DNA of 64,000 nucleotides from an uncultured bacterium. GTDB taxonomy: Bacteria > Eisenbacteria > RBG-16-71-46 > CAIMUX01 > WJJG01. Below, in pieces: positions 56,002 through 64,000 of this stretch; the stretch's first letter is position 1, and every line of letters starts with the position of its first letter. The stretch lies in the NCBI GenBank assembly GCA_964603725.1, contig CAZRWW010000001.1:5634-69633 (forward strand), given 5' to 3'. The notes below the pieces were generated by a model that was not told where the DNA came from, did no database searches, and worked only from the letters and a program-made list of their open reading frames with translations. The translations under genes were made by a program, and so were the position numbers.

Positions 56002-56653
56002 CGCCGCGGCAATCGCGGTCTGCTCGACCTGCCAGAAGCCGCTCTGCGACACCTGCGTGATCCACTGGAAGAACGCGGTCGTCTGCAAGCACTGTCTGGA
56101 GAAGGACAACGTGCTCGATCGGGAAAAGGAGGGCTTGCGCAAGTCGCCGACGTTGGCCGGCTTCCTCTCGCTGATGCCCGGTCTGGGGCAGGCCTACGTC
56201 GGTTACTACAAGAGCGGCTTCATCATGCTCCTGGTCGTCGCGGGCACGATCTCGCTGTTGGACCGGCACGAGCACGGCGGCGCCGCGCCCTTCCTCGGGA
56301 TGTTCCTGTCCTTCTTCTGGATCTTCAACATCATCGACGCGGTGCGCAAGGCGAAGCTGTACAATCGGCACCTCGCGGGGGTCGAGACGATCGCGGCGCC
56401 AACCGACAGCCCGCTGGCGGGCGGCATCATCCTGCTCATCGCGGGGCTGCTGCTGACCCTGACGATCACCTTCGATCTGGACCTGGAGTTCCTCGAGCAC
56501 GTCTGGCCGCTGGCGCTCCTCGGCGCGGGGATCTACCTGATCTGGCGCTACGCCAGGACGCGCAGCGAGCTGGCGGCCCGGCGCGACGCGGGCAGCCTGC
56601 CGCCGGCCGACCGTTCCTCCGGCCGGTCGGGCGACGCGCCCTACGGTTCCTAG
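55979..56653 (+). CDS. Membrane protein with N-terminal B-box-like zinc ribbon (CANHP ... CSTCQKPLCDTC ... CKHC) and four TM helices
   Basis: Overlaps the anti-sigma stop, and is the third gene of the sigma operon. Confidence 0.5.
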   Translation: MNCANHPDAAAIAVCSTCQKPLCDTCVIHWKNAVVCKHCLEKDNVLDREKEGLRKSPTLAGFLSLMPGLGQAYVGYYKSGFIMLLVVAGTISLLDRHEHGGAAPFLGMFLSFFWIFNIIDAVRKAKLYNRHLAGVETIAAPTDSPLAGGIILLIAGLLLTLTITFDLDLEFLEHVWPLALLGAGIYLIWRYARTRSELAARRDAGSLPPADRSSGRSGDAPYGS

Positions 56654-56747
56654 CCCGCCCGCCCGGTGGTCGGGCCTACGACCGGCGCGGCCTCGGGGCG
56701 AACCGCCGACCGGGGGGCGCGGGGTATCTGATGCCCCGATGCAGGGA

Positions 56748-56780
56748 GGGGAGGCCAAAGTCCTCCCCTTCAAGCTTTTA
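56748..56780 (+). terminator. Intrinsic-terminator-like hairpin GGGGAGG-ccaaagt-CCTCCCC followed by TTCAAGCTTTTAG
   Basis: A perfect 7-bp GC stem, a 7-nt loop, and a T-rich tail about 95 nt after the stop of the sigma-operon third gene. Confidence 0.4.
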
Positions 56781-56961
56781 GAGATTGAGACCTCCGGGGA
56801 TTCTCCCCCCCTGAATCCCCCGCCTCCATGGTACAATTGATAGCGTGGCGGAGTGGTATCAGGACGCGCTTCACAGCCAGCCGCGGAGGCTTGCCATGCA
56901 CCGCAGAGACGGGACGACGCCCGACCGGCGCCCCCGGGTTCCTCGCGCCGCCGATCTTCGC

Positions 56962-58617
56962 ATGACCATCGCTGCCCCGGCCACCGGGCGCCTGGCCGCA
57001 CTCGTCCTGCTGGCCGCCGCCCTCGCGCTGGCCTGCGCCCTGGCGGCCTGGGCCACCCCCGCCGCCGACGGCGAGCGCGCCGTGCGGGAGGGGCAGCTCG
57101 TCATCAACGAATTCATGGCCGACAACGACCACTTCTACTTCGACGAATTCGGCGACGACGACGATTGGGTGGAGATCTTCAACCTGGGACCGACGCCCGT
57201 GAATCTGGAGGGCAAGTTCCTCACCGACGACCTGTCCGCGACGCAGAAGTGGGAGTTCCCCGACACGACGCTGCCGGTCGGGGGCTTCCTGATCGTGTGG
57301 ACCGACGGCGAGCCCGCCGAAGGCCCCTTGCACACGACCTTCAAGCTCGAGAAGTCGGGTGAACAACTCGGGCTCTTCGACTACCTCGGGGTCGGCAACG
57401 GCCCGATCGACACCCTCACGTTCGGCTTGCAGGGCACGAACATCTCCTACGGGCGCTATCCCAACGGGACCGGGGCGTTCACGTACATGGAGACCCCGAC
57501 CCCGGCCGCGACCAACCAGCCGCACCTGGTGAACCTGGCCCCCTTCATCGCGGGCACCAAGCATCTACCCGCCGGGCCGACGAGCCAGGACATCGTCACG
57601 ATCAATGCGCGGATCGCCGACGACGGGAGCGTGGCGCAGGCCAAGGTGTTCTACAACCCCGGCACCGGCTACCTGGAGCTGCTGCTGCACGACGACGGTC
57701 TGCACAACGACGGCGCGGCGGGGGATCAACTCTGGGGGGCTCAGATATCCCCCTATCCGAACGGGACCGTGGTCCAGTACTACGTCTGGGCACAGGACAA
57801 TCTGGCCCTGACCAGCCTCGATCCGCCGTCGGCCCCCCTGGAGACCTACGCCTACATGGTGCGGGATGAGGCGCCGCCGCTGCTCATCAATGAGTTCATG
57901 GCGTTGAATACAACGACCATCCCCGACGAGTTCGGGGAGTACGAGGACTGGATCGAGCTATACAACAGCGGAACCATCTCCGTCGGACTGCTCGGCTTGT
58001 ACATCACCGACAACTTCGACAACCCCGACAAGTTCGCGCTGCCCGACGTCACGATCGGGCCACGCGGGTTCCTGATCATCTGGTGCGATGAAGATGGGTC
58101 GCAGGGGCCGCTGCACGCGAACTTCAAGCTCTCCTCCTCCAACGGTGAGGAGATCGGCCTCTTCCGCTACACTCCTCAGGGCTACGTGCCGGTGGATTCC
58201 GTGACGTTCGGACCGCAGACGGCCGACATCTCTCGCGGGCGCTATCCCGACGGCGGCGCCGAGTGGCGGTTCTTCACCAGCCCCACTCCCGGGACATCCA
58301 ACCACGGCGCCGGCGTGCCCGACCTGGGCCGAGACCCGTGGCGCTCGCTCGCGCTCACGGCCCGCCCCAATCCCTTCGGCGACCAGACCACCTTGTGGTT
58401 CGAGCTGGACGAGCCGGCTGACCTGGAGCTCACCGTGGTCGACGCTACCGGTCGCGCCGTCTACTCTAGGGTGACGGGTGGCGCCCGGCCGGGCCCGCAC
58501 CGGCTCGACTGGCGTGGGGTTGGTGAGGACGGGGCGGCGCTGCCGCGGGGGATCTACACCTGCCGGATCCAGGCTGGCGCGGCGGCGGGCTCGGTCAAGG
58601 TGCTGCTGATCCGCTGA
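56962..58617 (+). CDS. Secreted protein with two lamin-tail (LTD) domains and T9SS C-terminal domain
   Basis: SP after MTIAAPATGRLAALVLLAAALALA. Two INEFMA.N ... W(V/I)E(I/L)(F/Y)N LTD signatures. Tail ARPNPFGDQTTLWFEL ... SVKVLLIR. Confidence 0.7.
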   Translation: MTIAAPATGRLAALVLLAAALALACALAAWATPAADGERAVREGQLVINEFMADNDHFYFDEFGDDDDWVEIFNLGPTPVNLEGKFLTDDLSATQKWEFPDTTLPVGGFLIVWTDGEPAEGPLHTTFKLEKSGEQLGLFDYLGVGNGPIDTLTFGLQGTNISYGRYPNGTGAFTYMETPTPAATNQPHLVNLAPFIAGTKHLPAGPTSQDIVTINARIADDGSVAQAKVFYNPGTGYLELLLHDDGLHNDGAAGDQLWGAQISPYPNGTVVQYYVWAQDNLALTSLDPPSAPLETYAYMVRDEAPPLLINEFMALNTTTIPDEFGEYEDWIELYNSGTISVGLLGLYITDNFDNPDKFALPDVTIGPRGFLIIWCDEDGSQGPLHANFKLSSSNGEEIGLFRYTPQGYVPVDSVTFGPQTADISRGRYPDGGAEWRFFTSPTPGTSNHGAGVPDLGRDPWRSLALTARPNPFGDQTTLWFELDEPADLELTVVDATGRAVYSRVTGGARPGPHRLDWRGVGEDGAALPRGIYTCRIQAGAAAGSVKVLLIR

Positions 58618-58726
58618 TGTCGAACGACCGGCCGCCGCGCCGGCCGTGTTGACATGCTGGCGCAGAGGAGCGCTTCTCCCGCCGCCCCGTTGGGCGGCCG
58701 TCATGGAAGGACCACGGGGGAAGACC

Positions 58727-61336
58727 ATGGCGTTCAGATCGAGGGCGACTGGGTCGCGGGCGACTCGAGCGAGGGCAATTCGGCCGCGGGCAACCCGATC
58801 GGTGGTGACTCGGTCGGGGGCAATTCGCTCGCGGGCCGTTCGGTCGATCGCCGTCGGCTTGATCCCCAGCGCGCTGCGCCCGGCCGCGGGGAGCGTCTGC
58901 GCGGCGGTGCTGCTGGTGCTGTGTCGGCCGGCGGCCCAGGCGGGCACGCTCGATCCACGGCTCGTCTACCTCGATCACGTCCGCGCCGCGCTCGGCACGG
59001 GAACGGCCGCGGATCCGGCCCGTGGCCTGGAGAGCGGAACGGCGGGCGCCGCCGCGCGCTTCGAGAGCGCCGGCTGCCGGGCCTCGGCCGCGGCCGTGCG
59101 CGTGGCGGCGGACGACTCGTTCGCCGGATCGATCCGCTTCACCCGCGCTCCGTCCGCCGGCGATCTGCAGGCCTTGACCGCCCTGGGCGTGCGCTTCAGC
59201 GACTTCGGGCGCGGTCCCGCCGGCAGCCGCACGGTCTACCCGGCCCGCATTCCCTGGGAGCGGTTGGCCGCGGTGGCCGGCCACCCGGCCGTCCTCCAGG
59301 TCGCGCCCGGCTGGCGTGTGGCGCCCCGGCCGCCCCTCGCGGTCAGCCGTCCCCAGGTCCAGACCGAAGCGGTCTGGGCGCTCAGAGACATGCACAACCG
59401 GCCGCTCACGGGGCGCGGTCGGCTCGTGGCCGACTTCGACACGGGCATCGAGTACTACCATCCCGCCTTCTTCTTCGCCGACGGCGACACCCTCGCCTGG
59501 ATCGACGCCGATCTGAGCGGCAGCCTGACGCCTGGAGATGCGGTCGATCTCGACCGCAACCACAGCGTCGATCCGGGCGAAGCGCTGCGCTACTTCGAGG
59601 GCGCCGGCGCCGGCGCTTACGGCAACGATCCCGGCGCGTACAATCCGTCCTTCGACTGGTTGTACAACGACGCCAACGACAACTCGTCCCGCGACTATGG
59701 CCCGCAGTTCGGCGAGGCGCAGCCGGGCTACGGCGAGCTGCTCTTCCTGGCTCTCGACGCGAACGGCAACGATCGCCTCGATCCGGGTGAGCAGCTCGTC
59801 ACGCTCAAGACATCCAAGGTGCGTGCCGTGCGGGGACGCGACGGCTTCGTGGGCGTGCGCGGCGTCAACCTTCTCCAGGCGGAGACCGACTACTGGGGCC
59901 ACGGCACGGGCGTGAGCGGGATCGTCTGCGGCGGCTGGGCCGGGATCAACCGCATGGCGGGGATCGCGCCCGACTGCGAGATGCTCCACGCGGTCAACGC
60001 CTACACCAGCGAACCGCCTTTTCTGGTTCCCATGGAAGATCATCTGGCCTGGGCGGCCACCTACCAGCCGGACGTCTTCCTGATCGAGGACGGCGAGTGG
60101 ATCTGGGAGTACATGGACGGCTCCTCGAACGTCGAGACGATGTTGAACGAGTACGCCGACGACGAGGGCATCATCCAGGTGGTCCCGGCCGGCAACCTGG
60201 CGACGGGACTGATGCACACCCTCTTCACCGTCCCGGGCCCGGCGGGCTTCCGCGGGAGCCAGAACGCGCGCGTGATCTGGGCGGATCTGCTCTGGCTCGT
60301 GCCCGACACGCCCGAGGTGACGCTCCGCGTGCCCGGGGGCGCGATCGGGACGCTGGCCCTCGACGGTCACACGCAGGAGATCGGCCCGTACGAGGTGTAT
60401 TCGGCCTTCTCGGTCTCGTCGCGCGGCACGCATCGCATCGACGTGCGGATCGAGCACAGCATCCCCGGTACGTCGCTGACGGGTTCCTTTCGTTTCGGCG
60501 TCGTCCCTCACAGCGGCCCCGGCTACGAGATGCACGGGTTCATCATCGACGACGTCTCCGGCTGGCTCACGGCGAGCTACTGGGACCAAGTCGATCCGCG
60601 CTACACGGTGACTTGGCCCGCCACGGCCGACTCAGCCATCTCGGTCGCCGCCTACAACCCGGCCGGCGACGGGGGCATCAACGATTTCAGCGGCTGGGGA
60701 CCGCGCATCGACGGCCGCGCCGCCGTCGACATCGCCGCCCCCGGGTCCACCGTCTACTCGACCAGTTATCTCGGTCACGGCCGCTACACGGCCTTCGGCG
60801 GCACCTCCGCCGCCGGACCGCACGTCGCCGGTGCCGCGGCCCTGCTGCGGCAACTCCGATCGCAGATGGACAACGGGTTCTTCCGGGCCGCGATCCGCTT
60901 CGGAGCCGGCACCGACGAGCACACGACCGACCCCGATCGGTGGGGAGCGGGCAAGCTGCGCATTCTGGATGCGCTCACGCTCTACGCGGCCGGGCTGGGC
61001 CCGGACGTGCCGGGAGCGACCGGTGGCGGCGGACAGCCACCGCCGGGAGCGCCGCGGGATGGACTGACCATCAGCCTGACCGGACCCAACCCGGCCACGG
61101 GGATGGTGCAGCTCGAGGTCCGCTCGTCGTCGGCAGGCGCAATCGAGTTGCTCATCTGTGATCCCGAAGGGCGCGCGCTGCTCACCCGCCGACTGCGCTC
61201 CTCCCCCGGGACGGTCACGCCGCTCCAGTGGGATGGGCGCGACGAGCAGGGCCGTCGCGTGCCGGCCGGCATCTACTACGCTCGGGCGACGCAGAACGGT
61301 GCGTTGGCCGAAGCCCGACTGATCGTGCTGCGTTAG
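58727..61336 (+). CDS. Secreted subtilisin-like S8 serine peptidase with T9SS C-terminal domain
   Basis: Catalytic triad motifs DTGIEYYHP, HGTGVSGI and GTSAAGPHVAGAAALL. Tail GPNPATG ... GIYYARATQNGALAEARLIVLR. The N-terminus has an odd Arg-rich repetitive leader. The start is uncertain (ATG 58727 or TTG 58869 just before SP IPSALRPAAGSVCAAVLLVLCRPAAQA). Confidence 0.8.
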   Translation: MAFRSRATGSRATRARAIRPRATRSVVTRSGAIRSRAVRSIAVGLIPSALRPAAGSVCAAVLLVLCRPAAQAGTLDPRLVYLDHVRAALGTGTAADPARGLESGTAGAAARFESAGCRASAAAVRVAADDSFAGSIRFTRAPSAGDLQALTALGVRFSDFGRGPAGSRTVYPARIPWERLAAVAGHPAVLQVAPGWRVAPRPPLAVSRPQVQTEAVWALRDMHNRPLTGRGRLVADFDTGIEYYHPAFFFADGDTLAWIDADLSGSLTPGDAVDLDRNHSVDPGEALRYFEGAGAGAYGNDPGAYNPSFDWLYNDANDNSSRDYGPQFGEAQPGYGELLFLALDANGNDRLDPGEQLVTLKTSKVRAVRGRDGFVGVRGVNLLQAETDYWGHGTGVSGIVCGGWAGINRMAGIAPDCEMLHAVNAYTSEPPFLVPMEDHLAWAATYQPDVFLIEDGEWIWEYMDGSSNVETMLNEYADDEGIIQVVPAGNLATGLMHTLFTVPGPAGFRGSQNARVIWADLLWLVPDTPEVTLRVPGGAIGTLALDGHTQEIGPYEVYSAFSVSSRGTHRIDVRIEHSIPGTSLTGSFRFGVVPHSGPGYEMHGFIIDDVSGWLTASYWDQVDPRYTVTWPATADSAISVAAYNPAGDGGINDFSGWGPRIDGRAAVDIAAPGSTVYSTSYLGHGRYTAFGGTSAAGPHVAGAAALLRQLRSQMDNGFFRAAIRFGAGTDEHTTDPDRWGAGKLRILDALTLYAAGLGPDVPGATGGGGQPPPGAPRDGLTISLTGPNPATGMVQLEVRSSSAGAIELLICDPEGRALLTRRLRSSPGTVTPLQWDGRDEQGRRVPAGIYYARATQNGALAEARLIVLR

Positions 61337-61529
61337 CCGCCCCCTGGGAAGCTCTGCACGTTCCTAGCCATCACCGGCCGTGCGGTGATTGTGCCTAGAG
61401 AACCGCGCCCCGGTCTGCCGATCACTGACGGCGGGTGCGGCCGAACCCGGCCGATTCCCGTGGTCTATCCGGGAGCGTCGCCCTCCCCGGCAGGACGATC
61501 CTGGATTCCAAACTCGGGCATAAGGAGTC

Positions 61530-62126
61530 ATGGGCATGCGGAACATCGCCTGGTTCTGTACCTGGTTCTGTGCAGTGACGTTGTTGGCTGCCATTCCGGC
61601 CGCGGTTCTCGCCGACGAGGATGCCCCTCCGTCGGTGGTCAAGCTGGCCGGCAGCGAGCTCGTCGCGCTCGGCAGCGACCCGGTCATCGTGGCGGCGGTC
61701 AAGGCCGAGAACGCCAAGGCCAAGACGCTGGAGCAGATCACGGCCACGGATGAAGAGTGGCAGAAGACCCCGGGCGTCACGCCTTTCATGAAGGCAATGA
61801 TGGAGTCGTCCTGCGGCAAGCACCTGCAGGCGATGCAGAAGTCGAAGCCGTTCCTGGCGGAAGTCTTCGTCATGGACAATCTGGGCGCCAATGTCGCGAT
61901 GACCGACAAGACCTCCGACTACTGGCAGGGCGACGAGCCGAAGTTCACCGAGTCGTTCAAGGGCGGTCAGGGCGCGATTCACATCGGCAAGGTGAAGTTC
62001 GACGAGAGCACCCAGACCTACCTGGTGCAGGTGTCCGTGCCCGTCAAGGACGGCGAGAAGGCGATCGGCGCCATCACGGTCGGCATCGATCTGGACCAGT
62101 ACGAAGCTCATCTCGCCCAGCGTTAG
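61530..62126 (+). CDS. Periplasmic Cache/PDC-like small protein upstream of the chemoreceptor
   Basis: AAGGAG RBS, a signal peptide (AWFCTWFCAVTLLAAIPAAVLA), and a mixed alpha/beta ~170-aa domain with conserved W/Y/D. Confidence 0.45.
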   Translation: MGMRNIAWFCTWFCAVTLLAAIPAAVLADEDAPPSVVKLAGSELVALGSDPVIVAAVKAENAKAKTLEQITATDEEWQKTPGVTPFMKAMMESSCGKHLQAMQKSKPFLAEVFVMDNLGANVAMTDKTSDYWQGDEPKFTESFKGGQGAIHIGKVKFDESTQTYLVQVSVPVKDGEKAIGAITVGIDLDQYEAHLAQR

Positions 62127-62235
62127 GAGTCCGCGGGGGGCTCCCCCGCCGCGCGACCGGCGCGGGCGCGAGGCGTGACCTCCCGCCCGCCGGGCCCCCC
62201 GGAACGACAGCAGGCACAGAAGGGAGCGCTGATTC

Positions 62236-63924
62236 ATGAGCTGGACAGCCAATCTACGAGTCGGCCAGCGGCTGTACCTGGGATTCGGCTCCGCCATCGC
62301 CATGACGATCCTGGTCGGCGTGGTCGCCCTCCTGGGCAGCCGGTACATCAGCGAGCGTCTGGACGACCTGTTCACGGTGAACCTGCCCACCATCGACGCT
62401 CTCCTGCAGACGGACCGCGATCTGCACCAGGTGCTGGTGGCCGAGCGCTCCATGATCTTCGCCTCGCCCGGCACTCCGGTCTTCGAGCAGCTGCTGAAGG
62501 ACCACCGCGAGAAGGCGCGCCTGGCCGAGGAGCATTGGGCCAGCTACCGGGCCCTGGCCGAGACGGACCGGGAGCGCGAGCTGATCGCGAAGTTCGAGGC
62601 GGCGCGGGCCGACTGGCAGGCGCTGTCCGGCCGGATCGTCGCCGGCTTGACCGCGGACAGCCGCGAAGGCCGGCGGGAGGCCCTCGATCTCAGCCTCGGC
62701 CAGGCCCAGGCGAAGTTCGACGTCATGCGCGGTTATCTGGCGGAGCTTTCGACCCACAACATGGAACTGTCCGCGGCGGACCACGGGAACGGCCGAAGAG
62801 CCTTCCACCTGATCTCTCTGGGACAGTTCGGCGCGGTGGCGGTGGCCGTGATCTGGGGCCTGCTGCTGGCCTGGCTCATCACCCGCAGCGTGGCCCGCCC
62901 GCTCAACGCCGCGACGGCCATGCTGCGCGACATCGCCGAGGGCGAGGGCGATCTCACCCAGCGGTTGAGCGTCACCTCCAGCGACGAGGTGGGCCTGCTC
63001 GCGCGCCACTTCAACAGCTTCACCGAGAAGCTGCAGGCGCTCATCCGATCGATCGCGGGCGAGACGACGGATCTCAGCGCCGCCGCCGGGCAGCTCAACA
63101 CGACGGCGCAGTCGATGCTGGCCACGGCCCAGGACATGACCGCCCAGGTGACCGGCGCGGCGGCCGCCTCGGAGCAGCTCTCGGCGAACCTCACCGGCGT
63201 GGCCGCGGGCGCCGAGGAGATGTCCTCGGCCGTCACCGGGGTGGCCACCGCCATCGAGGAGATGAGCACATCGCTGGGCGAGGTCGCCAAGAACGGCGCC
63301 AAGGCCTCCCAGATCGCCTCGCAGGCCGATGAGCAGACCCGCAACGCCAGCGGCGTCATGGAGCGGCTGGGCGCCGCGGCGGAGGAGATCGGCAAGGTCC
63401 TCGATACGATCAACGATATCGCCGATCAGACCAACTTGCTCGCGCTCAACGCGACGATCGAGGCCGCCTCGGCGGGCGAGGCCGGCAAGGGCTTCGCCGT
63501 GGTGGCCAATGAGGTCAAGGAACTGGCGAAGCAGACCGCTCAGGCCACCGAGGAGATCGGCCGCCAGATTCGCGACATGCAGTCGGGCACCGACAGCGCC
63601 GTGCAGTCGATCAAGGACGTGAGCGAGGTCATCGCGCAGATGAACCAGATCATGCACACGATCGCCAGCGCGGTGGAGGAGCAGTCGGCCACGACGGGCG
63701 AGATCGCCAACAACATCGGCGGAGCGTCGACCGCCGCGGCGGAGATCTCGCGCAACATTCAGCAGGGCTCGGCGGCGGCAGCGACGATCGCCCAGGTGTT
63801 CCAGACGGTCAGGCAGGCCGCGAGCGACTCGACCCGCGGGGCGGGGCAGTCCAACGATCAGGCCACGTCCTTGAGGCAGATGGCGGGGAGATTGCAGCAG
63901 CAGGTGGGCCGGTTCCGCGTATAG
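62236..63924 (+). CDS. Methyl-accepting chemotaxis protein (4HB sensor, TM, HAMP, MCP signalling domain)
   Basis: Two TM helices flank a periplasmic four-helix bundle. HAMP ([10 protein letters not shown]), and a highly conserved signalling hairpin ([35 protein letters not shown]). Confidence 0.9.
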   Translation: MSWTANLRVGQRLYLGFGSAIAMTILVGVVALLGSRYISERLDDLFTVNLPTIDALLQTDRDLHQVLVAERSMIFASPGTPVFEQLLKDHREKARLAEEHWASYRALAETDRERELIAKFEAARADWQALSGRIVAGLTADSREGRREALDLSLGQAQAKFDVMRGYLAELSTHNMELSAADHGNGRRAFHLISLGQFGAVAVAVIWGLLLAWLITRSVARPLNAATAMLRDIAEGEGDLTQRLSVTSSDEVGLLARHFNSFTEKLQALIRSIAGETTDLSAAAGQLNTTAQSMLATAQDMTAQVTGAAAASEQLSANLTGVAAGAEEMSSAVTGVATAIEEMSTSLGEVAKNGAKASQIASQADEQTRNASGVMERLGAAAEEIGKVLDTINDIADQTNLLALNATIEAASAGEAGKGFAVVANEVKELAKQTAQATEEIGRQIRDMQSGTDSAVQSIKDVSEVIAQMNQIMHTIASAVEEQSATTGEIANNIGGASTAAAEISRNIQQGSAAAATIAQVFQTVRQAASDSTRGAGQSNDQATSLRQMAGRLQQQVGRFRV

Positions 63925-64000
63925 CGTCTGGCGGGCAGAGGGTCTAGACCCGCGGCCCGGGCTGCGGACGCCGCGCGCCCGCCGCGCGCTCGCGCAGCGC

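Noticed and set aside
56821-56900. tRNA-like segment (GCGTGGCGGAGTGGTATCAGG)
   Set aside because: No T-arm (GTTCGAATC-like) or acceptor-stem complementarity can be built. It more likely belongs to the 5' UTR of the LTD gene.
63925-64000. Palindrome GGGTCTAGACCC after the MCP gene as a terminator
   Set aside because: A 12-bp perfect palindrome has no loop and no U-tract. It may be a weak hairpin, but the evidence is insufficient to call it.

Overview
This is a ~64 kb, ~70% GC bacterial chromosomal segment with dense coding on both strands. I found no rRNA, tRNA, CRISPR array or obvious transposon.

Main contents:
- A truncated priA 5' end at the left edge.
- Two response regulators, one of them a REC-GGDEF protein.
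- Housekeeping genes tsaD, ftcD and dnaJ.
- A nickel/cobalt ECF-type uptake locus: a DUF4198 periplasmic protein, a small anchored periplasmic protein, an outer-membrane barrel, cbiM/nikM, cbiQ, cbiO with a His-rich tail, and nikR. It diverges from a translationally coupled three-gene module (DUF2089 zinc-ribbon/HTH protein, small membrane protein, YvlB/SHOCT-like protein) across a strikingly AT-rich palindromic promoter region.
- Two ECF sigma/anti-sigma pairs, one of them divergent from a large secreted TPR-CHAT protease-like protein.
- Two convergent giant ternary Ser/Thr-kinase STAND proteins: kinase-NACHT-WD40 and kinase-NB-ARC-TPR.
- A translationally coupled GH29 fucosidase / GH20 hexosaminidase pair.
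- A lysophospholipase / acyl-CoA synthetase pair.
- A methyl-accepting chemotaxis protein (MCP) with a periplasmic accessory protein.
- At least seven secreted proteins that share a C-terminal T9SS-type (PNPF ... FVR/VLR) sorting domain: a PLD/HKD enzyme, a beta-propeller, a beta-helix, an FG-GAP protein, a BNR protein, a lamin-tail protein and an S8 protease. This argues for an FCB-superphylum-like high-GC lineage, possibly Gemmatimonadota or a related candidate phylum; that is inference.

Notable oddities:
- An in-frame TGA inside the BNR-repeat gene.
- Coding tandem repeats of 15 bp and 21 bp in two glycan-active genes.
- A duplicated 3' remnant of the acyl-CoA synthetase gene.
- Two families of short intergenic direct repeats.

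Many long stop-free antisense ORFs in the track are GC-content artefacts and were rejected.
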